From NCBI GenBank assembly GCA_035533215.1, contig DATLUG010000010.1, forward strand, positions 44,633 to 108,632: a stretch of DNA of 64,000 nucleotides, written 5' to 3'. Position numbers and translations under genes: made by a program. This DNA is from Candidatus Micrarchaeia archaeon (GTDB lineage Bacteria; Chloroflexota; Dormibacteria; Aeolococcales; Bog-877). The notes below the pieces were generated by a model. The model worked only from the letters and a program-made list of their open reading frames with translations, was not told the DNA's origin and did not search any database. Positions 43,566-52,169 of this stretch are shown here, in pieces (the first letter of the stretch is position 1; each line of letters opens with the position of its first letter).

Positions 43566-44948
43566 GTGCTGCTCCCGATGGAGGCGGCCCTCGGAGGGCG
43601 CGCCCGGATCGTCGGGGGCCACGTGCGCGACCTCATCCTCGGGCGCACCCTGGCGTCCGACGTCGACGTGGTGGTGGAGGGGGCCGATGCCGAGGTGGCG
43701 GCGCGATGGCTCCGCCGCCACTGGCGGCGGAGCGAGCCGGTGGTCGCCTTCGAGCGGTTCGGCACCGCCCAGCTCAACCTCCGCCTCGCTCGCGGCGGAC
43801 TGACGGTGGAGTTCGTCAGGGCCCGGGCCGAGGCCTACGACCCTGGGAGCCGCAAGCCGACCGTCCGCCCGGGGACCCTGGCCGAGGACGTCTGGCGCCG
43901 CGACTTCACCGTGAACACCCTCCTCCTCGACGGCCGCGGCGCCGTCACCGACGTCACCGGGGCCGCGCTGCCCGACTGTTTCGGATGCCGGCTCCGCACG
44001 CCGCTGGCGCCCCGCGCCACCTTCGCCGAGGACCCCCTGCGGATGCTGCGGGCGGCCCGCTTCGCGAGCCAGCTCGACTTCGAGGTCGACCCCGCCGTGG
44101 TCCGGGCGATGACCGGGGCGCGGGAGCGACTCGCGATCGTGTCGATGGAGCGGGTGCGCGACGAGCTGCTGAAGCTCGTGCTGTCTCCCCGCCCGTCGAT
44201 CGGCCTTCGCCTCCTGGAGCGGACGGGGCTGCTCTCGGCGTTCGCCCCCGAGCTCTCCGCGATGGTCGGCGTCGAGCAGGGCGGCTACCACGTCGGCGAC
44301 GTCTTCACCCACACGCTGCTCGCCGTGGACCTCGCCCCGCCCGATCGCCTGGTGCGGCTGGCGACGCTCCTCCACGATGTGGGCAAGCCGCCGACCGCGG
44401 CCCGGGCCGGCGGGGGCGGGGACGGGCGGATCACCTTCCACGGCCACGCCGAGGCCGGGGCCCGGATCGCGGCCGAGCTGTGCCGCCGCCTCCGCCTGCC
44501 CCACGAGGAGGCGGCACGGGTCGCCAGGATCGTCGCCCTCCACATGCGACCGATCCAGTACCGGGCGGACTGGGAGGACCGGGCGGTCCGGCGGCTCTGG
44601 CACGACGCGGGGCCGCTGCGGGATGCCCTGCTGGCGGTCGCCCGCGCCGACACCGGGGCCTCCCGCTACCCCTCGCTGGATGCCCTCGACGACCTCGCCC
44701 GGCGCCTTCGCGAGGTGGCTGAGACGCTGCCGCAGGGGGTCGTGCCGCCGCTCGACGGCCACAGCCTCAAGCGGCACTTCGGACTCCGCGACGGGCCCTG
44801 GATCGGGCGGGCGCAGCGGCTCCTGGTGGCGGCGGTCGTCGACGGAGCCGTGGCCGACGGCGACGGCGCCCAGGCCGCGGACCATCTCGCCCGGCACCGG
44901 GCGGACTGGGAGCCGCTCCCAGGTGAGCGGGGGGCCGCGGCCGGGTGA
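43566..44948 (+). CDS. CCA-adding enzyme / poly(A) polymerase-family tRNA nucleotidyltransferase with HD domain
   Basis: Motifs are GGHVRDLILGR, DVDVVV, RRDFTVNTL and HDVGKP. Confidence 0.85.
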   Translation: MLLPMEAALGGRARIVGGHVRDLILGRTLASDVDVVVEGADAEVAARWLRRHWRRSEPVVAFERFGTAQLNLRLARGGLTVEFVRARAEAYDPGSRKPTVRPGTLAEDVWRRDFTVNTLLLDGRGAVTDVTGAALPDCFGCRLRTPLAPRATFAEDPLRMLRAARFASQLDFEVDPAVVRAMTGARERLAIVSMERVRDELLKLVLSPRPSIGLRLLERTGLLSAFAPELSAMVGVEQGGYHVGDVFTHTLLAVDLAPPDRLVRLATLLHDVGKPPTAARAGGGGDGRITFHGHAEAGARIAAELCRRLRLPHEEAARVARIVALHMRPIQYRADWEDRAVRRLWHDAGPLRDALLAVARADTGASRYPSLDALDDLARRLREVAETLPQGVVPPLDGHSLKRHFGLRDGPWIGRAQRLLVAAVVDGAVADGDGAQAADHLARHRADWEPLPGERGAAAG

Positions 44949-46276
44949 GGCGGCGTCACCGTCCCGGCTGGGCGAGGTTCGCCCCCGGCGCCGCCGCGCT
45001 CGGGCTGCTGGCCTGGGCGGCCGCCGGCCCGCTGGCGCCGGTGCTGGCGGGAGGGCTGCCGGCGGCCGCCCCGGCGGCCCTGTCCACCCCGGCCCTCGGC
45101 ACCGGGGCCTGCCCCGAGTTCGTCTCCCCCTGCCTCACCCCCGCTGCGCTCGAGCGCCTCTACGGGGAGGCGACCCTCCTCCGCGCCGGATGGCAGGGCC
45201 GGGGCGAAAAGGTGGTGGTCGTCGTCTCCTACGGCGACCCGGTCCTGGCCCAGGACGTCCGCACCTTCGACGCGCGGTTCCACCTCCCCGCACTGGGGCT
45301 CACGGTGCGCGCCCCCCTGGGGCTGGCGCGGTTCGACCCGCGGCGGCCCGACATGGTCGGCTGGCAGGAGGAGACCGCCCTCGACGTCGAGACGATCCAC
45401 GCCGTCGCGCCGCTCGCCCGGGTCGTCGTCCTCACCAGCCCCATCGACGAGACCGAGGGGGTGCAGGGGCTGCCCCAGTTCCTCGCCCTCGACCGGTACG
45501 CCCTGAGCCACCGGCTCGGGTGCATCTTCTCCCAGAGCTGGGCGACCGAGGAGCGCGACCTGGGCAGCCCCGCCGGTCGCGCCGAGGTCCTGCGCTACGC
45601 TGCCTTCGACCGGACCCTCACCGGAGCGGATGGCTGCACCGTGCTCAGCGGCTCGGGCGACACCGGCGGACTGCCCGAGGTGGCGTTCCCCGCCGACCTG
45701 CCCTGGGTGACCGCGGTCGGCGGCACCCAGCTCGTCGGCGCCCCGGCGTCGCCGCCGGGCTATCGCCAGGTGGCGTGGCCGGGGAGCGCCGGGGGGGCCA
45801 GCGCCCTCTTCCCGGAGCCGACGTGGCAGCGCCGGCTGCCCCCGGCGGTGCAGGCCGTCCTGCGCGGGCGGCGCGGCCTCCCCGACGTCGCGGCGGCGGC
45901 CAGCCCCCGCCTCAACCTGGCGGTCGTGGCCGGGGGCGGGTGGATCACCGCCAACGGGACCAGCGAGGCGACCCCGGTCTGGGCGGGGCTGGTCGCACTC
46001 GCCGACCAGATGGCGGGGCACCCGCTCGGCGACATCAATCCCCTGCTCTATCAGCTGGCCGCGAGCCCGAGCGGCCGGGGCGCCCTCCTCGACATCGTCC
46101 AGGGGACCAACGCCGTCCCCGACGCGGTGCCTCCCGCCCCCGGCCACCGCGCGGTCCCGGGATGGGACCTCGTCACCGGCCTCGGTTCCCCCTGGGCGGC
46201 CCAGCTGGTCCCGGGCCTCGTCCGGCTGGCGCGCTGCCGCGCCGGGCCGGCGCCCCCGGCCGGCTGCCCCGCCTGA
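44945..46276 (+). CDS. S53 (sedolisin/kumamolisin-like) serine peptidase, secreted
   Basis: GTGA overlap with the preceding gene. It has a signal-like N-terminus, EETALDVE, SGSGDTGG and the catalytic GTSEATP. Confidence 0.78.
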   Translation: MRRRHRPGWARFAPGAAALGLLAWAAAGPLAPVLAGGLPAAAPAALSTPALGTGACPEFVSPCLTPAALERLYGEATLLRAGWQGRGEKVVVVVSYGDPVLAQDVRTFDARFHLPALGLTVRAPLGLARFDPRRPDMVGWQEETALDVETIHAVAPLARVVVLTSPIDETEGVQGLPQFLALDRYALSHRLGCIFSQSWATEERDLGSPAGRAEVLRYAAFDRTLTGADGCTVLSGSGDTGGLPEVAFPADLPWVTAVGGTQLVGAPASPPGYRQVAWPGSAGGASALFPEPTWQRRLPPAVQAVLRGRRGLPDVAAAASPRLNLAVVAGGGWITANGTSEATPVWAGLVALADQMAGHPLGDINPLLYQLAASPSGRGALLDIVQGTNAVPDAVPPAPGHRAVPGWDLVTGLGSPWAAQLVPGLVRLARCRAGPAPPAGCPA

Positions 46277-46374
46277 GGGCGGGGTCGGCGGGAGGGCACG
46301 GTACACTACGGGCTCGCTGCGGCGCCGGGCCCGGCCGATGGCAGGGATCTGGGCGCCGGCAGGACACAGGAGCA

Positions 46375-46941
46375 ATGGTCCGGCGCGTCCGCACGATCCG
46401 CAGGCTGGTCCTCGACCTGCCGGGCCAGGTGAGGCTCGCCTACTGCCTGACCCGCGATCCGCGCACGCCCAGGCCGCTGAAGCTGCTGGCCGGCGCCGCG
46501 GTGGCCCTCATCCTCACCCCCGCGGTCAACATCCCTTTGTGGGTGCCGGTGCTGGGGCAGATGGACGCGGTGGCGCTCCTGGTCCTCTGCCTGCGCCGGT
46601 TCAACGGGATGGCGCCGCCCACGGTGCGGGCGGAGCTGGAGGAGCGGCTCCGCACCGGCACCAGCGCCTTCGACCAGGACCTGGCGAGTGGTGGGCGGGT
46701 CGCCCGGGAGCTGGCCCGCTGGGTCGGCGAGCGGGCGCGCGCTCCGTTCGGCAGGCGGCCGGCCCCGCGGGCCGAGCCCAGCCTCGCCGATCCTTCAGGC
46801 TGGGACCGCCGCCCCGCCCCCGCCGGTCCATCCCCCGTCCCGCCCGCTCCGACCTCACCCCCCCACGCCGGACCCGGCGCCCCGTCGGCGCCTGTCGATG
46901 GGACCACCACCGGCGACGATCGAGGAGGCGACCAGCCGTGA
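46375..46941 (+). CDS. DUF1232 (YkvA-like) membrane protein with Pro-rich C-terminal tail
   Basis: An AGGAG SD precedes the start. RDPRTPRPLKLLAGAAVALILTPAVNIPLWVPVLGQMDAVALL matches the YkvA-type pattern. Confidence 0.7.
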   Translation: MVRRVRTIRRLVLDLPGQVRLAYCLTRDPRTPRPLKLLAGAAVALILTPAVNIPLWVPVLGQMDAVALLVLCLRRFNGMAPPTVRAELEERLRTGTSAFDQDLASGGRVARELARWVGERARAPFGRRPAPRAEPSLADPSGWDRRPAPAGPSPVPPAPTSPPHAGPGAPSAPVDGTTTGDDRGGDQP

Positions 46942-47381
46942 AGATCATCCTGACCAAGGACGTCAGCGGAACCGGACAGGCGGGCGACGTCCGCGACGTC
47001 GCCGACGGGTTCGCCCGCAACTACCTCTTGCCGCGCCGGCTGGCGGTGCACGCCAACAGCCGGATCGAGGCCCAGGTGACCCAGCAGCGCAGCCGCCAGC
47101 GCCAGCGCGAGGAGCGCGAGGTGGTCGACGCGCGCGCGCTCGCCGCGAAGCTGGAGGCGAGCGTGCTGCGGATCACCGCCCGTGCCGGCGAGAGGGGCAA
47201 GCTCTACGGCGCGGTGGTCAACATCGACGTCGCGGAGGCGGCCGAGGCGCAGCTCGGCGTCACCCTCGACCGTCGCCACATCGAATTCGAGCCCGCCCAC
47301 GAGACCGGCGAGCACCTGGCGGTCGTCCGTCTCCACAGCTCGGTCGAGGCCAAGCTCCGGGTGGAGGTGGTGCCCACGTGA
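46938..47381 (+). CDS. rplI: 50S ribosomal protein L9
   Basis: GTGA overlap and a GAGGAGG SD. N-terminus is KIILTKDVSGTGQAGDVRDVADGFARNYLLP. Confidence 0.93.
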   Translation: MKIILTKDVSGTGQAGDVRDVADGFARNYLLPRRLAVHANSRIEAQVTQQRSRQRQREEREVVDARALAAKLEASVLRITARAGERGKLYGAVVNIDVAEAAEAQLGVTLDRRHIEFEPAHETGEHLAVVRLHSSVEAKLRVEVVPT

Positions 47382-48781
47382 CGATCCGCCCCGAGGTGCG
47401 CGGGGGTGCGCTGACGCCAGCCGACGCGCCGAGCGGGCTGCGGGTCCCCCCTCACAACCTCGACGCGGAGCGCTCGGTGCTGGGCGCCCTCCTGCTGGAC
47501 AAGGAGCAGATCGGGTCGGCGGTGACGGTGCTGGACCCGGACGACTTCTACCTCGGCGCCCATGGCGACATCTACCGAGCGATGCGAAACTGCTTCACCC
47601 GATCGGTCCCCATCGACACCCTGACCCTGGCCGACGAGCTGGAGCGGGAGGGCACCCTCTCGCGGGTCGGCGGTCTCGACACCCTCGCCACCCTCGCCGG
47701 CAGCGTCCCCACCGCTGCCAACCTCGAGTACTACGCCCGCATCGTGCGCGACCACGCCTCCAAGCGGCGGCTGATCCAGGCCGGGGGCGACGTCGCCCGG
47801 CTCGGGTTCGACGAGCGGGTGGAGGCGGCGGAGGCGATCGAATCGGCCGAGCGGCTGGTGTTCGCGGTGGCCGATCGGGGCCGCGCGCGCGGCGACTTCC
47901 AGCCGCTCAGCACCAGCCTGACCCAGACCTGGGACGAGCTCACCAGGGTCTACGACAGTCGCGATGTCCGCGCCGTCACCGGGGTGGCCAGCGGCTTCGT
48001 CGAGCTCGACGAGGTGACCAGCGGCTTCCAGCGCTCCGAGCTGATCGTGCTGGCGGCCCGCCCGGGGGTGGGCAAGACCTCCTTCGCCCTCAACATCGCC
48101 CGCAACGCCGCGGTCCGGCGCCAGCATGCGGTGGCCATCTTCAGCCTGGAGATGAGTCGCGACAACCTGGTCCAGCGGATGCTCTGCAGCGAGGCGGGTG
48201 TCGACGCCTACCGGCTCCGGACCGGCCAGCTCGGCGACGACGCCTGGCCCCGCATCGCCCGCGCCATGGACACCCTCAACCGGGCCCGGATCTTCATCGA
48301 CGACACCCCCTCACTGTCGATCATGGAGATGCGGGCCAAGGGGCGTCGCATCCGCGCCACCGAGCACGTCGACCTGTTCGTCGTCGACTACCTGCAGCTG
48401 ATGCGGGCCAGCGGGCGGCAGGAATCGCGCGCCCAGGAGGTGTCGGACATCTCCGCCGGCCTCAAGGGCCTCGCCCGCGAGCTCGACGTGCCGGTGCTGG
48501 CGATCTCCCAGCTCAACCGGGAGTCGGAGCGGCGCACCGACCGCCGGCCCCAGCTCAGCGACCTGCGCGACTCCGGCAGCATCGAGCAGGACTCCGACAT
48601 CGTGATGTTCCTGTACCGGCCGGGGATGCACGAGGAGGGGAAGGACCCCGGTCTCACCGAGCTGGAGATCTCCAAGAACCGCAACGGGCCGGTGCGCCGC
48701 CTGTCGCTCTACTTCAACGCCGGGCAGACGACGTTCCGGGACCTCGATCGCCACCACCAGGCGGTGCCCGAGGAGGTCTGA
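47378..48781 (+). CDS. dnaB: Replicative DNA helicase DnaB (no intein)
   Basis: GTGA overlap with rplI. Motifs are PPHNLDAERSVLGALL, ARPGVGKTSFALN, VDYLQLM and SQLNRESE. Confidence 0.95.
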   Translation: MTIRPEVRGGALTPADAPSGLRVPPHNLDAERSVLGALLLDKEQIGSAVTVLDPDDFYLGAHGDIYRAMRNCFTRSVPIDTLTLADELEREGTLSRVGGLDTLATLAGSVPTAANLEYYARIVRDHASKRRLIQAGGDVARLGFDERVEAAEAIESAERLVFAVADRGRARGDFQPLSTSLTQTWDELTRVYDSRDVRAVTGVASGFVELDEVTSGFQRSELIVLAARPGVGKTSFALNIARNAAVRRQHAVAIFSLEMSRDNLVQRMLCSEAGVDAYRLRTGQLGDDAWPRIARAMDTLNRARIFIDDTPSLSIMEMRAKGRRIRATEHVDLFVVDYLQLMRASGRQESRAQEVSDISAGLKGLARELDVPVLAISQLNRESERRTDRRPQLSDLRDSGSIEQDSDIVMFLYRPGMHEEGKDPGLTELEISKNRNGPVRRLSLYFNAGQTTFRDLDRHHQAVPEEV

Positions 48782-49001
48782 GGGCGCCTCCCGCCCGGCC
48801 GTGGTCGGCGGGATCGGGCGCGCGCGCCGGACGGCCGGGGCCGGCTCGAGAGCGACCGCCGCCGAAGGCGGCCGCGGCCGACCGCCGGGCGGACGATCCG
48901 GCCGCCGTCGTGGACCGCACCCACCCGGTCGACGAGAGCCAGGGTCCTCGGTCCGTCCGAACGTCGCCGCCGGGCGCCGCGCCGCCACCCGGCGGCCGCA
49001 C

Positions 49002-49376
49002 TCATCCGCCGGAGGGCTCCAGACCCCAGCTCACGATGGCGGTCGGGGTGATGCGGATGATCGCTCCCAGCGGCTCGCCGTCCGCTCCGCGGGCGTCCCG
49101 GAGCGCCAGCCCGCGGCCTCGGACCATCACCGCCCGCGGCCGCCACGGCGGCAGGACATCGTCGACGACCAGGGCCACCTTGGGGTTCTGGAGCACGTTC
49201 TTGAACTTGCGGGTGCGGGCGAGGTCGCGGCCCGTCACGTCGATGGTGCCGGCGGCGGGATCGAATCGCCACCCGAGCGGCACGACGTGGGGGAGGCCGT
49301 CGGGGTCGACGGTGGCGAGACGACCGAGCCGTCGCTCGGCGAGGTAGGCGAGCTCGGCACTGGAGAAGGCCCTCAC
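49002..49376 (-). CDS. PPOX-class (pyridoxamine 5'-phosphate oxidase fold) probable F420-dependent enzyme
   Basis: LAERRLGRLATVDPDGLPHVVPLGW...KFKNVLQNPKVALVVDD is typical of the split-barrel flavin/deazaflavin family. Confidence 0.8.
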   Translation of the reverse strand: MRAFSSAELAYLAERRLGRLATVDPDGLPHVVPLGWRFDPAAGTIDVTGRDLARTRKFKNVLQNPKVALVVDDVLPPWRPRAVMVRGRGLALRDARGADGEPLGAIIRITPTAIVSWGLEPSGG

Positions 49377-49512
49377 GGTGCCGACCCCACCCGAGCGCGG
49401 GAGCGGGCCGTGCCGTGGGGGCGCGAGGGATCGCGGACCCCTCGGCGCCGGTCGCCGCTGCCCGTGGTCACGGCCGTCCCGGGTATCGCATCCGGATCAA
49501 CGTTATAGAGAG

Positions 49513-49527
49513 GACAATACTCTTGTC
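49513..49527. promoter_or_regulatory. Candidate MarR operator: perfect inverted repeat GACAA-N5-TTGTC
   Basis: GACAATACTCTTGTC sits in the only AT-rich patch of the PPOX/marR divergent region. It is flanked by TCAACG direct repeats at 49497-49502 and 49526-49531. Confidence 0.4.
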
Positions 49528-49537
49528 AACGATTTGC

Positions 49538-49543
49538 TAGGAT
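49538..49543 (+). promoter_or_regulatory. Candidate -10 hexamer (TAGGAT) for a leaderless marR transcript
   Basis: TAGGAT lies 7 nt upstream of the in-frame GTG at 49551 and 1 nt upstream of the GTG at 49545. Confidence 0.35.
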
Positions 49544-49544
49544 C

Positions 49545-50027
49545 GTGGGCGTGGACGGTTGCGAGCGCCCGCAGGCGCTCCTGGTCTGGATGGCGCTCTC
49601 CGAGGTGCTGGCCCGCGGCCGGGTCCGCGTCGATCGCGCCCTGCAGCAGCGGGCCGGCCTGACGCTGGCGGACACCCTGGTCCTGTGCCAGGTGGCGCTG
49701 GCCCCGGGCGGACGTCTTCGGATGGTCGACATCGCCGATCGCCTGGGCATCGGCAAGAGCGCGGTCACCAAGACCGTCGATCGACTGGAGCGGCGGGGGT
49801 GGGTGGTGCGCCAGCGCCCGGGGCTCGACCGCCGCACCGTCCACGCGACCCTCGCCCCGACCGGGGCCGAGGTGTTCCGGTCGGCCCGCCCCGTCTTCGT
49901 GGCGGCGGTCACCCGCGAGCTGACCGGGCCGCTGACCGGAGCCGAGCTGGGAGAGCTCCGCCGACTCGTGGGCAAGCTCCTCGGGGGTGGCGCATCGCTG
50001 CCGGGAGCGGTCCTCGCCCCCATCTGA
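49545..50027 (+). CDS. MarR family transcriptional regulator
   Basis: The winged helix is LRMVDIADRLGIGKSAVTKTVDRLERRGWVVRQRPGLDRR. The start may be the GTG at 49551. Confidence 0.88.
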   Translation: MGVDGCERPQALLVWMALSEVLARGRVRVDRALQQRAGLTLADTLVLCQVALAPGGRLRMVDIADRLGIGKSAVTKTVDRLERRGWVVRQRPGLDRRTVHATLAPTGAEVFRSARPVFVAAVTRELTGPLTGAELGELRRLVGKLLGGGASLPGAVLAPI

Positions 50028-50161
50028 GCGGACCCCGCGACCCCGGGGTGGGGCCTATCATCGCGGTGGCACCGGCCCCGGCCGGGCCGCGCCCGGAGGG
50101 CCCGCTCCGGGAGAGGAGCCCTCGCTGCCGCCGGGCCCGCGCAGCGCCACGGAGGGTCACG

Positions 50162-50557
50162 ATGCTGGAGCAGGACGTCAGGGCGCTGGCGACGGCGCCG
50201 AACTTCGCCGCGGTGACCACGCTCGGTCCGACCGGGCGACCCCAGACCCAGATCATGTGGGTCGACTGTGACGATGAGGACGTGGTCTTCAACACCGAGG
50301 TGCACCGGCAGAAGTACAAGAACATCGGCCGCGACCCCAGGGTCACGGTGACGATCTGGGACCGCGAGCAGCCCTATCACTACGTCGAGGTGCGCGGCCG
50401 GGTCGAGGGGCTGGAGCGGGGGCCGGCGGCCCGGAGCCACATCGACCGCCTCAGCCAGAAGTACAACGGGCAGCCCTACCCGGACTCGGCGATCCAGTCG
50501 GAGCGGGTCATCGTCCGGGTCCGCCCCGACCGCCAGCGCATCTGGAACCCGAGGTAG
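50162..50557 (+). CDS. PPOX-class probable F420-dependent oxidoreductase
   Basis: LATAPNFAAVTTLGPTGRPQTQIMWVDCDDEDVVFNT...YKNIGRDPRVTVTIWD is the family pattern. Confidence 0.85.
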   Translation: MLEQDVRALATAPNFAAVTTLGPTGRPQTQIMWVDCDDEDVVFNTEVHRQKYKNIGRDPRVTVTIWDREQPYHYVEVRGRVEGLERGPAARSHIDRLSQKYNGQPYPDSAIQSERVIVRVRPDRQRIWNPR

Positions 50558-50885
50558 CGGCCGGGCCGCGTCCAGCCGTCGCCGCGGGGCGCGACCCGGG
50601 GGACGCGTGTATGCTGCCCCCTGGCCCGGCCGGCCGGGGTCGGGCTCGGGCTCCGATCACGCCGCTGCAGGCACCCCGCCACGAGGCCGGGGCCCTGCCC
50701 CCCTCCGACTCGGCTCCGGCCCCGTCCATCCCCTCCGACGCAGGCGCCCGAGTGAACTGGCACATCGTCTTCCCTGTGGGCACGCCCCCGCCCCGCCCCG
50801 CCCATCCGCCCGGGCGCGGGGATGGGCGCGTGCTGCCGCCCCGGCGCCCGCTGGCGGCCGCGATCCCGCCGTGGTCCGGGCCCCG

Positions 50886-52169
50886 ATGGCGGTCGTGATC
50901 TGCGTCGGCGGCCAGTGGGGCGACGAGGGCAAGGGCAAGGTGGTCGACCTCCTGGCGGAGACCGCCGACATGGTGGTGCGCAGCCAGGGGGGCAACAATG
51001 CCGGCCACACGGTGGTCACCGGCGGCAGGGAGTTCCGCTTCAACCTGATCCCGGCCGGGATCCTCCATCCGCGCACGACCTGCGTGATCGGCAACGGGGT
51101 GGTGCTCGACCCGCGGGCCCTGCTGGACGAGATCGAGGCGCTGGAGGCCGCCGGCGCCGATCTCGCCAATCTCGTCATCAGCGAGCGGGCCCACATGATC
51201 ATGCCCTACCACCCGGTCCTGGACCGCTACGAGGAGGAGGCGCGCGGCGACGATCGGCTGGGGACGACCTATCGCGGGGTTGGGCCCGCCTACAGCGACA
51301 AGGTGCGGCGGATCGGCTTCCGCGTCGGCGACCTGGAGAAGCTGCGCTTCCTGGAGAAGAAGCTGGACTTCGTCCTCGGGCTCAAGAACGAGGTGCTGGT
51401 GCGGCTCTACGGGGCCCCGCCCTTCACCGTGGCCGGCATCCTGGACGAGTTCACCGGCTACGCCGCCCGCCTGGCCCGCTACATCCGCGACCCCTTCCCG
51501 GTCGTCCAGGGCGCCCTCGCCCGGGGCGAGCGGATCATCCTCGAGGGCGCCCAGGGGACGATGCTGGACCTGGACCTCGGCACCTACCCCTACGTGACCA
51601 GCTCCTACCCCTCGGCCGGGGGGGCCCTCGCCGGCGCGGGGATCGGCCCCCGCCACGTGACCATGACCCTGGGGGTGGTGAAGGCCTACACCACCCGGGT
51701 CGGCTACGGGCCGTTCCCGACCGAGCTCGCGGGCGCGGCCGGCGAGTACCTGCGGGAGACCGGTCGCGAGTACGGCACCACCACCGGGCGGCCCCGCCGG
51801 GTGGGCTGGTTCGACGCGGCGGTGGCCCGCTACGGGGTGCAGGTCAACGGCGTCGACGCGATCGCCCTCACCAAGCTCGACGTCCTGGACGGCGTCGACC
51901 CGCTTCGGGTCTGCATCGGGTACCGCAGCAAGGGCGTCGCCCAGGCCCACCCGATGGCGAACATCTCCCACCTCAAGCACTGCCAGCCGGTCTACGAGGA
52001 GCTGCCCGGCTGGCGGGGGGCGACCGCAGACGTGCGGCGGTACCAGGACCTGCCCCCGGCCGCGCAGGGGTACGTGGAGCGGATCGAGGAGCTGGTGGGG
52101 GCGCCGGTGACCCACGTGTCGGTCGGGCCGGACCGGGAGCAGACCATCGTCCGGGCCCGGGGACGGTGA
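50886..52169 (+). CDS. purA: Adenylosuccinate synthase
   Basis: Motifs are VICVGGQWGDEGKGKVVD, GGNNAGHTV, GTTYRGVGPAY and TTGRPRRVGWFD. Confidence 0.95.
   Translation: MAVVICVGGQWGDEGKGKVVDLLAETADMVVRSQGGNNAGHTVVTGGREFRFNLIPAGILHPRTTCVIGNGVVLDPRALLDEIEALEAAGADLANLVISERAHMIMPYHPVLDRYEEEARGDDRLGTTYRGVGPAYSDKVRRIGFRVGDLEKLRFLEKKLDFVLGLKNEVLVRLYGAPPFTVAGILDEFTGYAARLARYIRDPFPVVQGALARGERIILEGAQGTMLDLDLGTYPYVTSSYPSAGGALAGAGIGPRHVTMTLGVVKAYTTRVGYGPFPTELAGAAGEYLRETGREYGTTTGRPRRVGWFDAAVARYGVQVNGVDAIALTKLDVLDGVDPLRVCIGYRSKGVAQAHPMANISHLKHCQPVYEELPGWRGATADVRRYQDLPPAAQGYVERIEELVGAPVTHVSVGPDREQTIVRARGR

Noticed and set aside
50740-50885. A possible ZTP (pfl) riboswitch upstream of purA, because of GTGAACTGGCA and a distal CCGCCGTGGTCCGGGC.
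   Set aside because: There is only partial resemblance to the UGACUGGCG and CCGCCUGGGC cores. The intervening ACCGGG-type pairing elements are not evident, so an Infernal scan would be needed.
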